From positions 6,842 to 70,841 of the forward strand of contig CAYMGD010000005.1 of assembly GCA_964389905.1 (NCBI GenBank): a stretch of DNA of 64,000 bases. The letters are read 5' to 3'. The notes beneath the pieces were generated by a model. That model made no database searches. It was given only the letters and a program-made list of their open reading frames with translations, and was not told the origin of the DNA. Positions 1 to 11,039 of the stretch are shown here, in pieces (position 1 is the first letter of the stretch; each line of letters starts with the position of its first letter). A program made the position numbers and the translations under genes. This DNA comes from an uncultured Coprobacillus sp. GTDB taxonomy: Bacteria > Bacillota_I > Bacilli_A > ML615J-28 > CAG-698.

Positions 1-2249
1 AAGTTGTACGTATTGTTACCCCTGGAACAGTTACAGAAGGTACAACTTTAGACGATAATGATTATAATTTCATCACAACAGTTTCCTTTTATAAAGAAAG
101 ATTTATTTTGGCTTATTGCGACTTAACAACGGGTGAAAATTTCTTAACAAGTTTACCTACAAGTGAAGATATATTAATTGCTGAATTATTGAAATTAAAA
201 ACCAAAGAAGTAGTTATTTCTTCATCAAGTAATAAAAATATTTTCAATAAAATGAAAAATGTTGTTTCACTTACTGTTTCAGTTTTTGATGATGTTTCAG
301 AAATAAGTTATATGTCGAAAATATTTGAAGATTTAGATAAAGAAGAAAAAGAAACCTTTTTGCGTCTATTGAACTATATAGTTTTAACACAAAAGAAGGT
401 TTTGGTCCATATGCAAAAAGTTAATAAGTATAATATTCAAGGCTTTATGCGTATAGATTTATCTTCACGAAGGAATCTAGAAATACTAGAAACATTAAGA
501 TTTCAAAACAAAAAGAACACTTTGTTATCAGTATTAGATAAATGCTCAACAGCTATGGGAAGCAGATACTTAAAAAAAACTTTAACTTTCCCTCTTGTTG
601 AAAAAGATAAACTTTTAAAACGATATGAAATAATTCAAAAAATGTTAAAAAAGTTTATTGAAGTGACGGAACTAAGAACCAAGTTAGAAGCAGTTTATGA
701 CTTAGAAAGAATTGTAGGGAAGGTTTCATACGAAAGTGCAAATCCTAAAGACTTATTACACTTGCGTAACTCATTACAGGTATTACCAGAAATTGTAAAT
801 CTAATAAATAAAATAAAAATTAATGATTACTTTAATATTCGTGAAGATATTAATGATTTTCGTGTATTATATGATTTATTAAACAATGCAATATCAGATG
901 ATGCTCCTTTCTCCGCTAAAGATCGAGGAATAATAAAAAAAGGATATAGTCAAGAACTTGATGAACTAAATGAAATAAATCTTTCAGGTAAAGATTATCT
1001 TCTAACAATCGAAAAAGCTGAACGTGAAAAAACTGGAATTAAAACATTAAAAATAGGATATAATCGTGTCTTTGGATATTTTATTGAAGTACCTAAAGGT
1101 AGTATTGATATGGTTAAAGAAGAATATGGTTATGTTCGTAAACAAACAATATCGACAGCTGAAAGATATATAACTCAAGAATTAAAGGAAAAAGAATCAT
1201 TAATTTTAAGAGCTGAAGAAAAAGCAAGTGAGCTTGAGTATCAACTCTTCACAGCGATTCGTGAAAGTGTTAAGGGATATGCTGATAAATTACAAAACTT
1301 GGCTAGAGTTATATCAGAACTTGATATGATGCAAAGCTTTGCTAAAGTAAGCAATGAGAATAATTACATAAAACCAGAAATCAACGATGAACATATTATT
1401 GATATTAAAAATGGTAGGCATCCAGTTATTGAATTAATGGCTAGTGATTATGTACCTAATGATGTTAAACTAGACAAAGATGATTGCATTTTATTAATTA
1501 CTGGCCCAAACATGAGTGGTAAATCAACATATATGCGTGAACTTGCTTTGATTGCTGTAATGGCCCAAATTGGATGCTATGTTCCAGCGAGTTTTTGTAA
1601 TATTCCAATATTTGATGCTATCTATACAAGAATCGGAGCTGCTGATGATATTGTAAGCGGTCAATCTACTTTTATGGTTGAAATGAGTGAAGTGAATAAT
1701 GCTTTATCATTTGCTACGCAAAACTCTTTAATTCTTTTTGATGAAATCGGAAGAGGAACAGCTACATACGATGGAATGGCCTTAGCTCAAGCAATTATTG
1801 AATACATTCATGAGAATATTAAATGTAAAACGTTGTTTTCTACTCATTATCATGAATTAACTGCTTTAGAAAATAATTTAAACAATCTAAAAAATGTTCA
1901 TGTTAGCTGTGAAGAAGTTAATGGTGATATTGTATTTATGCATAAGGTTTTAAAAGGAAGCGTTGACCAAAGTTATGGTATAAATGTCGCCAAACTTGCT
2001 AATATTCCTCTTGATGTAATTTTAAGAGCCAAAGATATTTTAATCAAATTAGAAGGTTTTGACTCACAAAGAAATAATAAGAAGGGTTTTGATTTATCAC
2101 TTTCAAATTATCAAGCACCGCTACTATATGATTCTAAAACTGAAAAAGAAACATATGTTTTAAATGAACTAAAACAAGCTAATTTATATACAATGAATCC
2201 AATAGATGCAATGAATTTCTTAAACGAACTACAGAAAAAACTAAAATAG
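1..2249 (+). CDS. mutS: DNA mismatch repair protein MutS (5' end lies upstream of the window)
   Basis: The frame is open from nt 3 (VVRIVTPGTVTEG...) and runs into track ORF 108..2249. Motifs: Walker A TGPNMSGKSTYMRE, STFMVEM, DEIGRGTATYDG, THYHEL. mutL follows directly. Confidence 0.95.
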   Translation, partial: VVRIVTPGTVTEGTTLDDNDYNFITTVSFYKERFILAYCDLTTGENFLTSLPTSEDILIAELLKLKTKEVVISSSSNKNIFNKMKNVVSLTVSVFDDVSEISYMSKIFEDLDKEEKETFLRLLNYIVLTQKKVLVHMQKVNKYNIQGFMRIDLSSRRNLEILETLRFQNKKNTLLSVLDKCSTAMGSRYLKKTLTFPLVEKDKLLKRYEIIQKMLKKFIEVTELRTKLEAVYDLERIVGKVSYESANPKDLLHLRNSLQVLPEIVNLINKIKINDYFNIREDINDFRVLYDLLNNAISDDAPFSAKDRGIIKKGYSQELDELNEINLSGKDYLLTIEKAEREKTGIKTLKIGYNRVFGYFIEVPKGSIDMVKEEYGYVRKQTISTAERYITQELKEKESLILRAEEKASELEYQLFTAIRESVKGYADKLQNLARVISELDMMQSFAKVSNENNYIKPEINDEHIIDIKNGRHPVIELMASDYVPNDVKLDKDDCILLITGPNMSGKSTYMRELALIAVMAQIGCYVPASFCNIPIFDAIYTRIGAADDIVSGQSTFMVEMSEVNNALSFATQNSLILFDEIGRGTATYDGMALAQAIIEYIHENIKCKTLFSTHYHELTALENNLNNLKNVHVSCEEVNGDIVFMHKVLKGSVDQSYGINVAKLANIPLDVILRAKDILIKLEGFDSQRNNKKGFDLSLSNYQAPLLYDSKTEKETYVLNELKQANLYTMNPIDAMNFLNELQKKLK

Positions 2250-2261
2250 GAGACATATTAC

Positions 2262-4136
2262 ATGGGAAAAATTAAAGTTCTTGATGAGCACTTAATAAAT
2301 TTAATCGCTGCTGGAGAAGTAATAGAAAGAATCTCAAGCGTTGTCAAAGAACTTGTGGAGAATAGTATAGATGCTGGAGCAACTAGCATCTCTATTTCAC
2401 TTGTTGATTCAGGTTTAAAAGAGATAACAGTACTTGATAATGGTACAGGAATGGATGAAGTGGAGATGAAAACAGCAATCCTACCTCATGCTACAAGTAA
2501 AATAAATGACGAAAAAGATTTATTTTCTATCCATACTTTAGGATTTCGTGGGGAAGCACTAGCCTCAATTGTCGCAATATCTAATATGAAAATAAAAAGC
2601 TCAACGGGCTCGGGAAAAGGTTTTATGATGGGTTTAAAAGCTGGTGTAATCACTGGTCAAGCATACATTGGTCATCCTCAAGGAACAGAAATACAAGTTC
2701 GTGATTTGTTTTTTAATACTCCTGCAAGATTACAAAATCTTAAGAGCATCCAAGCAGAACTAAGCTATGTTACTGACTTCGTAACCAAGATTGCTCTGGC
2801 AAATCCCCACATAGCTTTTAAACTAACAAATAATGATAATAAAATATTTCAATCTTTTGGTAATGGTAATCGATTAGAAGTTTTAAATGCAATTTATGAC
2901 GTTAATGTTTGTAAAAACATGTTAACAATTGCTAGTAGCAATAATTTATTTAAAGTATATGGCTTAATATCTAATCTTTCAATAACTCGTTCATCACGAA
3001 ATAATATGACAATAATCGTTAATGGTCGTGTTGTTAGAAATAATAATATTACTAATGCCATAATTGAAGCCTATAAAACCATGCTGACAGTTGGTAGATA
3101 TCCTATTTGCGTAATCGAAATATCTGTTGACTACGCTTTAGTTGATGTTAATGTTCATCCAACAAAGGCAGAAGTACGATTTAGTGATGAAGAAAAACTA
3201 CTTACTTTGATAAAAGAAACCATTTCTTCAAAACTGCTACAAAGTAATTTGATTGTTAATAAAGATGTTTCTTATGAAACAAATCCTTTTGATTTAATTA
3301 ATGATGAGGAAATAGAAGAAAACTTAACAATCGAAAATAAAACGGAAGAGAATATTAATCCAATCAATTATTTTGATGGAATATCACAAATTGATGTGTC
3401 AAATGAACAAATATTTGAAGAAAAAGAAATTGCTTTCGAAGAAGTAAGTAAACCTATAGAAAATGAAACAAAACAAGAAGAAAAAGAGCCTAAGTTTGTT
3501 CAATCTACATTTGATTTTTCTAATCAAAAAATAATCGAAGAAAAAGAAATTGATAAAATTACCGAACTTCATTATGTTGGTCAACTTTTTGGAACATATA
3601 TTCTTGCACAAAACGATGAATTTTTTTATATGATAGATCAGCACGCAGCAAATGAAAGAATCAATTATGAGAAAATTGTTAAAGAATTACAAAATGAAAA
3701 AATTGTTAAATATGATTTATTATTACCAATAAAACTAACTTTTACGCAATCTGAATCAATACTCATTGAAGAAAAAAAAGAAACAATTAATTCTTTAGGG
3801 ATAGAGTTTGAAAGTTTTGGTGGAACAAGTTTTATTGTTCGTAGTGTACCATTATGGATTAACCAAACTATAGCTAATGATTATATAGAAGATATTTTTA
3901 TGCAAGTGATAAGAGATAAGAAATCAACAAAAATGGAATTTTTAGATAATTTATCGAAAAGTTTAGCTTGTAAGAGAAGTATAAAAGGGAACGAATTCAT
4001 TGGCAGAAATCAAATAGAATTCCTTCTTGAAGATTTAATCAAATGCTCTAATCCATATACTTGTCCTCATGGTAGACCAATTATAATTAAATATTCAAAG
4101 TATCAAGTTGAAAAATGGTTTAAGAGAGTACAATAA
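2262..4136 (+). CDS. mutL: DNA mismatch repair protein MutL
   Basis: GHKL ATPase motifs ELVENSIDAG, DNGTGM and LGFRGEAL. C-terminal motifs QHAANERI and CPHGRP. Lies downstream of mutS. Confidence 0.95.
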   Translation: MGKIKVLDEHLINLIAAGEVIERISSVVKELVENSIDAGATSISISLVDSGLKEITVLDNGTGMDEVEMKTAILPHATSKINDEKDLFSIHTLGFRGEALASIVAISNMKIKSSTGSGKGFMMGLKAGVITGQAYIGHPQGTEIQVRDLFFNTPARLQNLKSIQAELSYVTDFVTKIALANPHIAFKLTNNDNKIFQSFGNGNRLEVLNAIYDVNVCKNMLTIASSNNLFKVYGLISNLSITRSSRNNMTIIVNGRVVRNNNITNAIIEAYKTMLTVGRYPICVIEISVDYALVDVNVHPTKAEVRFSDEEKLLTLIKETISSKLLQSNLIVNKDVSYETNPFDLINDEEIEENLTIENKTEENINPINYFDGISQIDVSNEQIFEEKEIAFEEVSKPIENETKQEEKEPKFVQSTFDFSNQKIIEEKEIDKITELHYVGQLFGTYILAQNDEFFYMIDQHAANERINYEKIVKELQNEKIVKYDLLLPIKLTFTQSESILIEEKKETINSLGIEFESFGGTSFIVRSVPLWINQTIANDYIEDIFMQVIRDKKSTKMEFLDNLSKSLACKRSIKGNEFIGRNQIEFLLEDLIKCSNPYTCPHGRPIIIKYSKYQVEKWFKRVQ

Positions 4137-5095
4137 TGAATAATATTAACGATACTAAAACTGACAAAGTAAAAAATAACAAAGTAAAAAACAACAAAGT
4201 TGTTTTGATTGTTGGTCCAACAGGAATCGGCAAAACAGAAATATCATTAACGCTTTGTGAACGTTTCGATGGTGAAATAATAAATTGTGATGCTTCCCAA
4301 ATGAAAAAAGAATTAAATATTGGTACAGCTAAAATAGATTTAGCACAAACGAATATAAAACATCATTTGATTGATATAATTGAACCAGAAGAAAAATTTT
4401 CTTGCGCAACATTTCAAAAAGAAGCTCGAAAGCTAATAGAAGAAATTGGAAACAGAAAAAAAATACCATTTATTGTTGGTGGTACTGGTTTATATGCTTC
4501 TGTTGCTATTTATGATTATGAACTTGACGATTCAGAAAAACAAATCATTGATGAAAGTAAATATGAAACATTGTCAAATATAGAACTATACAATATACTT
4601 CAAGAAAAAGATCCTGAAACTGCTGAAAAAATTCATCCTAACAATCGAATTAGAGTTATTCGGGCAATTGAGTGTGCAAATAATGGTTCATTTATAAGTC
4701 AAAAAAAAGGAAAAAAGGATTTGGTCTATGATGCACTAATAATATGTTTATGTACAAGTAGACATATTTTGTATCAAAGAATTAACCAACGTGTTGATAA
4801 AATGATTGAAGATGGATTTGTTGAGGAAGTTAAAGATTTGATGAGAAGAGGATATGATCCTTTTAAGTTTCCTGATATAGGCTATCGAGAAATAGCAACA
4901 TATCTTGTTGAAGAATTTCCTATTGAACAAATTAAAGAAGAAATTCGTAAAGAAACAAGACATTACGCTAAAAGACAAATGACATGGTTTAGAAATCAAA
5001 TGGATTGTGTATTTGTTGATGTTAATTACAATTATCCAGAAGAAACAATTGATGATATATCAAATATAATAAATAAGTTCTTAAGTCAAAAATAA
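4136..5095 (+). CDS. miaA: tRNA dimethylallyltransferase
   Basis: P-loop GPTGIGKTE, GGTGLY, and the mutS-mutL-miaA gene order. Its ATG overlaps the mutL stop by 1 nt. Confidence 0.9.
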   Translation: MNNINDTKTDKVKNNKVKNNKVVLIVGPTGIGKTEISLTLCERFDGEIINCDASQMKKELNIGTAKIDLAQTNIKHHLIDIIEPEEKFSCATFQKEARKLIEEIGNRKKIPFIVGGTGLYASVAIYDYELDDSEKQIIDESKYETLSNIELYNILQEKDPETAEKIHPNNRIRVIRAIECANNGSFISQKKGKKDLVYDALIICLCTSRHILYQRINQRVDKMIEDGFVEEVKDLMRRGYDPFKFPDIGYREIATYLVEEFPIEQIKEEIRKETRHYAKRQMTWFRNQMDCVFVDVNYNYPEETIDDISNIINKFLSQK

Positions 5096-5111
5096 TTAGA
5101 AAGGTTAAATA

Positions 5112-6314
5112 TTGATGAGTGGTAAATGGGTAAAAAAAAGGCATAATATTATATTTTCAATATTATGTTTAATTGTTACACCGATAATAATACTAATATA
5201 TGGATTCAAGAAAAAAAAGTATAAATTAAAAAAGAATCAAGGATATTTTATAATATCAAATCATCAAACTCTACTTGATCCATTATTTTTATCTATATCT
5301 TTTAATAAACCAATATATTTTATTGCTACAGATACCCTTTTTTCAAACAGAATTACTTCGAAACTTTTGGAATATGCTTTTGCGCCTATTCCAAAAAGAA
5401 AAGGAGAACTTGATATTACTTGTATCAAAAATAGTTTAAAAGTAGCTCGTGAAAATGGAACAATTTGCTTATTTGTAGAGGGGAATAGATCTTATGCTGA
5501 TTTTCAGTTTTACATTTCCCCAGCAATTGTAAAGTTTATTAGAAAAATAAATTTACCAGTCGTTTTATATAATTTTAAAGGTGGATATGGGATAAATCCT
5601 CGCTGGGGAGGAAAAAGAAGAAAAGGAAAATTTGAAGGAGGTGTTAGTGAGATTATTTCTTTAGATGATATCAGAATAACTGATGATGAAACATTATATC
5701 AAAAAATAAAAAATGGTATTAAGATTATTGACTCAGAACTTAATGAAAATTATAAATCATCAAGAAAAGCAGAATATCTTGAAAGATTACTATTTATTTG
5801 TCCTAAGTGTGGTAAGATGGAAAGTCTTTATTCTAAAGGTAATTATATTTATTGTAAATCTTGTGGATTTAAAGCTGAATATTTAGAAAATTTACATATT
5901 AGGACTAATGATTTAAATCATAATTATGATAAACTTGTTGAATGGTATCAATATCAATTAGAATATATTAAGAATTACAAAATAACAGATGATATTATTT
6001 TTAAAGATAAAAAAATAAAATTATATAATCTTCAAACAAAAAAACCTAAAAAGTTAATAACAAAAGGTAACCTTATATTTACTAAAGATTATTTATTAAT
6101 TAATAATCATAAAATATTTGTTAATGAAATAACTTCAGTCTCTCCAGTTGGAGGAATTAAGTTATTAATTAATACTACTAATAATTGTTATATGATTAAA
6201 GGAAATAAACGCTTCAATCCCGTAAAGTTTTGTTTATTTCTTAATATCTTAGAAGGACCAATAAAGAATGGTAAAGGAGAAAAATATTATGACCTTAATA
6301 TCTACAACTTATAA
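5112..6314 (+). CDS. PlsC-like lysophospholipid acyltransferase with C-terminal CxxC...CxxC zinc-ribbon domain
   Basis: N-terminal TM helix, H(X)4D motif NHQTLLDP, VEGNRS, and ICPKCG...YCKSCG. Paralogous to the C-terminal half of 59902..62037. Confidence 0.7.
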   Translation: MMSGKWVKKRHNIIFSILCLIVTPIIILIYGFKKKKYKLKKNQGYFIISNHQTLLDPLFLSISFNKPIYFIATDTLFSNRITSKLLEYAFAPIPKRKGELDITCIKNSLKVARENGTICLFVEGNRSYADFQFYISPAIVKFIRKINLPVVLYNFKGGYGINPRWGGKRRKGKFEGGVSEIISLDDIRITDDETLYQKIKNGIKIIDSELNENYKSSRKAEYLERLLFICPKCGKMESLYSKGNYIYCKSCGFKAEYLENLHIRTNDLNHNYDKLVEWYQYQLEYIKNYKITDDIIFKDKKIKLYNLQTKKPKKLITKGNLIFTKDYLLINNHKIFVNEITSVSPVGGIKLLINTTNNCYMIKGNKRFNPVKFCLFLNILEGPIKNGKGEKYYDLNIYNL

Positions 6315-7656
6315 TTCGTTTGCTGATAACGTTGTATGGAGTATTCTTATACAAATTTTTATTCTTGTAGGTGCATTACTCATAGGAAATATGATTCGCC
6401 GAAAAATACCTTTTATAAGAAGAAGTTTAATTCCAACATCTTTGATTGGAGGATTAATAATACTTATTTTAAAATTAATTCCTCAAGTGAATAATTATAT
6501 CGATGAAGGTTTTATGGAAATAATAACTTATCACTCTTTAGGAATAGGCTTTATAGCATTAGCTTTTAAAACTGCAAAAGACTCACAAAAAACCAATACC
6601 AAAACAGTTGTTGAGACAGGACTATTAACAGGTGCTGTATATTTACTTCAAGCAGCATTAGGTCTTTGTGTAACAATTGTAATGGTTTTATTAGCTTTTG
6701 ATAGTGTAATACCAGGCGGTGGTGTTTTGCTTGCGTTGGGATTTGGTCAAGGAACTGGACAAGCATTAAACTATGGAAAGTTATACGAAAGTAATTATGG
6801 TTTTGTTGGTGGCACTACATTTGGATTAACTATTGCCACAATAGGCTTTATTGTTGCCAGTGTCGTTGGTGTTGTTTATATGAATATTCTTAGAAAAAAA
6901 GGAAAACTTAAAATTGCTGGTGAGAATGAAAGAAAAGCAGAAGTTCTCAGTGATTATGTTGAAGAAAATGAAATTCCTAACACTGAATCTGTCGATAAGT
7001 TCACTATTAATATTTCATTAGTATTAGTCGTTTATGCCTTAGTTTATCTTTTTATGAAACTTGTCAATGTTGATTTAATATGGGGCTTCAATTTCTTGCT
7101 TGGAACTATCTTTGCGGCCTTCTTCCGTAAATGTTTTAAAGTTTTGAAAAAAGCAAAATTAATGCATCGAGATTTAACAAATAATTATTTATTAGATAGA
7201 ATAAGTGGTTTTATGTTTGATATTATGATTATCGCTGGCGTTGCCGCAATCGATCTAACACAATTATCAAACTTAATAGTACCATTATTAATAATAGCAG
7301 TACTAGGAACTGTAGGAACATTTATTTATATACGTATTGCATCTGATCATTTATATAAAGGCTTTGAAAACGAAATGTTTTTCGCAATGTTTGGAATGTT
7401 AACTGGTACAGCTTCTAATGGTATGATACTTCTAAGAGAAATTGATCCGAAGTTCGAAACACCTGCCGCAACAACTCTAGTACTCCAAGGCTTACCAGCT
7501 ATTGCTTTCGGAGGAGGTTTATTGCTGCTATTAGGATATTGTCCTAAAGGCTTAAAAGAAGCAATTATTACTCTTATTATTGCATTTGTAGCATTAATTG
7601 TTTACACATTTGTAATATTTAGAAAAAAGATTTTTAAGAAAAAAATTAAAACATAA
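6289..7656 (+). CDS. gltS: sodium/glutamate symporter family protein
   Basis: Polytopic membrane protein. Segments IPTSLIGGL, GFGQGTGQA and GTASNGM align by eye with my recollection of E. coli GltS. Start moved to ATG 6289, behind the RBS AAAGGAGA. Confidence 0.7.
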   Translation: MTLISTTYNSFADNVVWSILIQIFILVGALLIGNMIRRKIPFIRRSLIPTSLIGGLIILILKLIPQVNNYIDEGFMEIITYHSLGIGFIALAFKTAKDSQKTNTKTVVETGLLTGAVYLLQAALGLCVTIVMVLLAFDSVIPGGGVLLALGFGQGTGQALNYGKLYESNYGFVGGTTFGLTIATIGFIVASVVGVVYMNILRKKGKLKIAGENERKAEVLSDYVEENEIPNTESVDKFTINISLVLVVYALVYLFMKLVNVDLIWGFNFLLGTIFAAFFRKCFKVLKKAKLMHRDLTNNYLLDRISGFMFDIMIIAGVAAIDLTQLSNLIVPLLIIAVLGTVGTFIYIRIASDHLYKGFENEMFFAMFGMLTGTASNGMILLREIDPKFETPAATTLVLQGLPAIAFGGGLLLLLGYCPKGLKEAIITLIIAFVALIVYTFVIFRKKIFKKKIKT

Positions 7657-7746
7657 TAAAGATGTTAATATTTTAATCAGTCAATAAGAGTATACAAGAA
7701 ATTATTATAAAAATAAAGTAGCATATTTATATCACTTTAAAAATTA

Positions 7747-7783
7747 AAGATGAAGCTGTATTACAATAGTTTCATCTTTTCTT
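7747..7783 (+). terminator. rho-independent terminator after gltS
   Basis: AAAGATGAA...TTCATCTTT stem followed by a T-run. Confidence 0.6.
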
Positions 7784-7881
7784 ACTATAAATTCTTAGGT
7801 ATATTTCAAAAATCTTAAATGCGTAGTTTTTAATATTTTACCTTAATAGTTATGACTTAATAACTTTTTATAATTTCATAA

Positions 7882-7908
7882 TCAAAAAGGTCCCTATAGT
7901 TGGGGACC
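7882..7908 (-). terminator. rho-independent terminator of the beta-helix gene
   Basis: On the minus strand: GGTCCCC-loop-GGGACC followed by TTTTT. Confidence 0.65.
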
Positions 7909-7935
7909 ACAAGTAGTAATTTATAGAAGTGAGTA

Positions 7936-8775
7936 TTACTTCTTTATAATTTCAATTCCTTCATCACGAAAGTTATCATCTAATATTATTTCATCACATT
8001 CTTCATATATTATTTTTCCCTTTAATGGATTCTTTATTGAATCAATCTTACCAATTATAGTTGCATCAACTTCACTATATTCAAAGGCTAAATCACAATC
8101 TATCATTTTACAATTTTCTAGTTTAAGTCCTTTACAGTAGCATAAAGGTTGAGTACCAATTATTGTGCAGTTAATCAAATGCAAGTTTTCAGAGTACCAT
8201 GCAAAATACTCACCTTTGATTGTTGAATTGATTACAGTAACATTTTTAGCTTCCCAAAGGGAATCTTTAGTATCAAAAGAAGAGTTTTTTATAATCACAT
8301 TATCACAGTATTGAAAAGAGTATTTACCTAATATATTAAGAACATCAACTGTTATTTCTCTGCTCATTAAAAAGGGATATTCAGAATTTAGTTTTGTGTC
8401 AATAATGTTAATTTTAGAGCACTTCCAAAAAGCTTCTTTAGAATCAATTTCACATTTAGAGATTATAATATTATTACATTCTCTAAAAACTTTTATACCA
8501 TTGAATTTACAATTGTTAATCTTTATATTGTTAGAATACCAAAGAGGAGCACGACAGTTTTCGGTTTGAATTGAGTTATTAATTGTAAGATTAGTATCAT
8601 GCCAGCAAGGATATCTTAAATTAAAAGTGCAATTATCGATTATTATATTAGTTGCTTCTTTAAAAGCTGACTCACCATCATTATCTCCACTAATTACACA
8701 ATTTATGAATTTAGTATCTTTAGAGGCATAAAAAGCTCTCTCTAAGTCTGTTGTTACGTTTTCGATTATTTTCAT
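7936..8775 (-). CDS. right-handed beta-helix repeat protein (resembles the DUF3737 family)
   Basis: Periodic N/C-rich ~22-aa repeats (NCxF, INNC, IxNS). The size and N-terminus MKIIEN... fit my recollection of DUF3737. Confidence 0.5.
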   Translation of the reverse strand: MKIIENVTTDLERAFYASKDTKFINCVISGDNDGESAFKEATNIIIDNCTFNLRYPCWHDTNLTINNSIQTENCRAPLWYSNNIKINNCKFNGIKVFRECNNIIISKCEIDSKEAFWKCSKINIIDTKLNSEYPFLMSREITVDVLNILGKYSFQYCDNVIIKNSSFDTKDSLWEAKNVTVINSTIKGEYFAWYSENLHLINCTIIGTQPLCYCKGLKLENCKMIDCDLAFEYSEVDATIIGKIDSIKNPLKGKIIYEECDEIILDDNFRDEGIEIIKK

Positions 8776-8889
8776 ATTTTCACCTCAATTAAATTATATA
8801 TTCTTTTCGATTTATTTACAAGTTTAAAATAAACAATTTGTCATAGATTATTAAAAATATGGATATTATTTAATAAGGAGTGTTTATTT

Positions 8890-9903
8890 ATGAAAATAAT
8901 AAGACGTATATTGATTTTTATTTTAATTTGTTTTTCTTGTGTAGCTCTAAAAGCCGAAAAATTAGTATATGCTAATGGATATATTTTAATGGAAGCAAGC
9001 AGCAAACGCATTTTAGAGGGAGAAAATATCAACAAAAGATATTTAACTGCTTCGATTTGTAAAATCCTTACAGCAATCATTACTATCGAAAATACAAATA
9101 TCGATGAGTATGTTTTAATTACTAAAGATGGAATTAATCAAACTGGTTCGTCAATTTATATGAAAGAAAATGATATGCTTACTATTAGAGACTTATTATA
9201 TGGTTTAATGTTACGAAGTGGTAATGATTGTGCATATATAATTGCAAACCATGTTGCAGGTTCAAGTAATAATTTTGCTATTATGATGAATAATTATGCC
9301 AAAATGATAGGAATGAAAAATTCAACTTTTTCTAATCCCTCTGGTCTAGACGAAACATCTTATAATTATTCAACTCCTTATGATATGGCACTTTTAATGG
9401 CTTATGCAATGGAAAATAAAGTTTTTCGGGAAATAGTTGGGTCTAAAAAATACTATACCAAAAGTTTAGATAATCAAAATTTCTATTTTTACAATAAACA
9501 TAAATTAGTGCAAAAATATGATTATATTATTGGTGGTAAAACAGGTTACACAGAACTTGCTGGAAGAACATTAGTAAGTTACGCCAGTAAAGATGGTATG
9601 GATTTAATATGTGTAACTTTTAAATCTAGTAATGATTGGAATGAACACATAAGTTTATTTGAAATGGGCTTTAAAAATTATACTTTAAAAACCGTTCTAA
9701 CAAAAGGAATTATTCAAACTAATAACAATTATAAATTTACTCCTTATCTAGAAAATGATATTTACTTGCCACTTACAAAAACTGAAAAAACAGAAATTGA
9801 TATATATTTACTGAACAATCCTTTAGATAAGTACTTAGGAAAAGTTGTTATTAGTATTAATGGACAAGAAGTAGTTACAGAAAGATTGGTTAAGTATTAT
9901 TAA
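8890..9903 (+). CDS. dacB: D-alanyl-D-alanine carboxypeptidase (S11, sporulation-type DacB)
   Basis: Signal peptide, then SxxK (SICK), SGN (RSGND) and KTG (KTGYT) motifs. Followed by spmA-spmB, as in the B. subtilis dacB operon. Confidence 0.85.
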   Translation: MKIIRRILIFILICFSCVALKAEKLVYANGYILMEASSKRILEGENINKRYLTASICKILTAIITIENTNIDEYVLITKDGINQTGSSIYMKENDMLTIRDLLYGLMLRSGNDCAYIIANHVAGSSNNFAIMMNNYAKMIGMKNSTFSNPSGLDETSYNYSTPYDMALLMAYAMENKVFREIVGSKKYYTKSLDNQNFYFYNKHKLVQKYDYIIGGKTGYTELAGRTLVSYASKDGMDLICVTFKSSNDWNEHISLFEMGFKNYTLKTVLTKGIIQTNNNYKFTPYLENDIYLPLTKTEKTEIDIYLLNNPLDKYLGKVVISINGQEVVTERLVKYY

Positions 9904-10466
9904 TGAATAAAATATGGTTATTTATTATTATAATTTCTATTATTTTTGGTCTTATATCTGGAAATGTAGAGAAAATGGTTAATAGTCTTTTTGATGTTCC
10001 TAATGATGTCATAAAGACTCTTTTTAAAATAGGAAGTATGTTAGTTATTTATAATGGTATATTTAAAATAGCAATAAAAACTAATGTAATAGATAAACTT
10101 TCAATTGTTTTAAAAAAACCAATTAATAAAATATTTAAAGTCGATGAAGATTGTAAAAAACTAATTTCTACTTCTATAATTTGTAATTTATTAGGATTAG
10201 GACCAGCTAATATGACAATAGCTATAAAAGTTGTTGAGAGAATAAAAAGTACAAGGAATATGTTTTATAATCTTACAATGTATTTACTGATTAACATAAG
10301 TTCTTTATGTCTTTTACCTTTAAGTCTTTTAACCTTAAGAAACTCTTTAGGGGCTAGACATAATATTTCATTTATTTTTATTATTTTTATCTCTTCACTT
10401 GTAACAACACTAATAGCAATTATCTTTGTTAGAATCTTTTGTAAGAAAGAAGATAACGATGAGTAA
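9903..10466 (+). CDS. spmA: spore maturation protein A
   Basis: Membrane protein of the nucleoside-recognition (Gate) type, positioned in dacB-spmA-spmB. Confidence 0.75.
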   Translation: MNKIWLFIIIISIIFGLISGNVEKMVNSLFDVPNDVIKTLFKIGSMLVIYNGIFKIAIKTNVIDKLSIVLKKPINKIFKVDEDCKKLISTSIICNLLGLGPANMTIAIKVVERIKSTRNMFYNLTMYLLINISSLCLLPLSLLTLRNSLGARHNISFIFIIFISSLVTTLIAIIFVRIFCKKEDNDE

Positions 10467-10959
10467 TTACTTAATAATAATTATTTTTCTAATAGTTTTG
10501 TTGCTTGGCTATTTTCAAAAAGTAAACTGCTTTGAGACTTTTTTAGAAGGTAGTAAGGAGGGACTTAAAACAGCAGTTAATATGTTTAGTAGTTTATTAA
10601 CATTCACCATTGCAATCTCATTATTTTTTTCGTCAGGACTAATTGATAAATTACAAGAGATTATATCTTTTGATTATGGTATTATTCTTATTCAAGTAAT
10701 TATAAGACCTTTATCAAGTTCATCTTCATTATCTATCTTAATGAAATGCTATGAAGCTTATGGTGTTGACTCTTTTATTTCATTAATTAGTACAGGTATT
10801 CATTATATTAGCGATGCTTCCTTTTACATCATTCCTTTCTATTGTTCTCTTTATAACATCAAAAAATATGAAAAGATATTATTATTAGGATTAATTATCA
10901 ATATAATAAGTTACATAATTGTAATTATAGTAATAACAATTTTTTATTTCCTCTTTTGA
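10459..10959 (+). CDS. spmB: spore maturation protein B
   Basis: Membrane protein directly after spmA. The ATG at 10459 overlaps the spmA stop. Confidence 0.75.
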   Translation: MSNYLIIIIFLIVLLLGYFQKVNCFETFLEGSKEGLKTAVNMFSSLLTFTIAISLFFSSGLIDKLQEIISFDYGIILIQVIIRPLSSSSSLSILMKCYEAYGVDSFISLISTGIHYISDASFYIIPFYCSLYNIKKYEKILLLGLIINIISYIIVIIVITIFYFLF

Positions 10960-10979
10960 TTTTCTATCTATATATTTTT

Positions 10980-11037
10980 AATGTTTGTCTTTTCGTGAAA
11001 ATAAAGAAATAAAATGTTTGTCTTTTCGTGAAAATAA
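10980..11037 (+). repeat. two 25-bp direct repeats AATGTTTGTCTTTTCGTGAAAATAA (10980-11004 and 11013-11037)
   Basis: Exact duplication read directly from the sequence. Confidence 0.9.
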
Positions 11038-11039
11038 TT

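Noticed and set aside
8776-8889. Sporulation-sigma (sigE/sigK/sigG) promoters upstream of dacB, spoIVA, yqfC and the SpoVIF-like gene
   Set aside because: CATA-type -10 elements are visible (for example CATATAAT before yqfC and CATATACT before 20196). I could not pair them with convincing -35 elements at the correct spacing, and such strings are frequent in AT-rich DNA.
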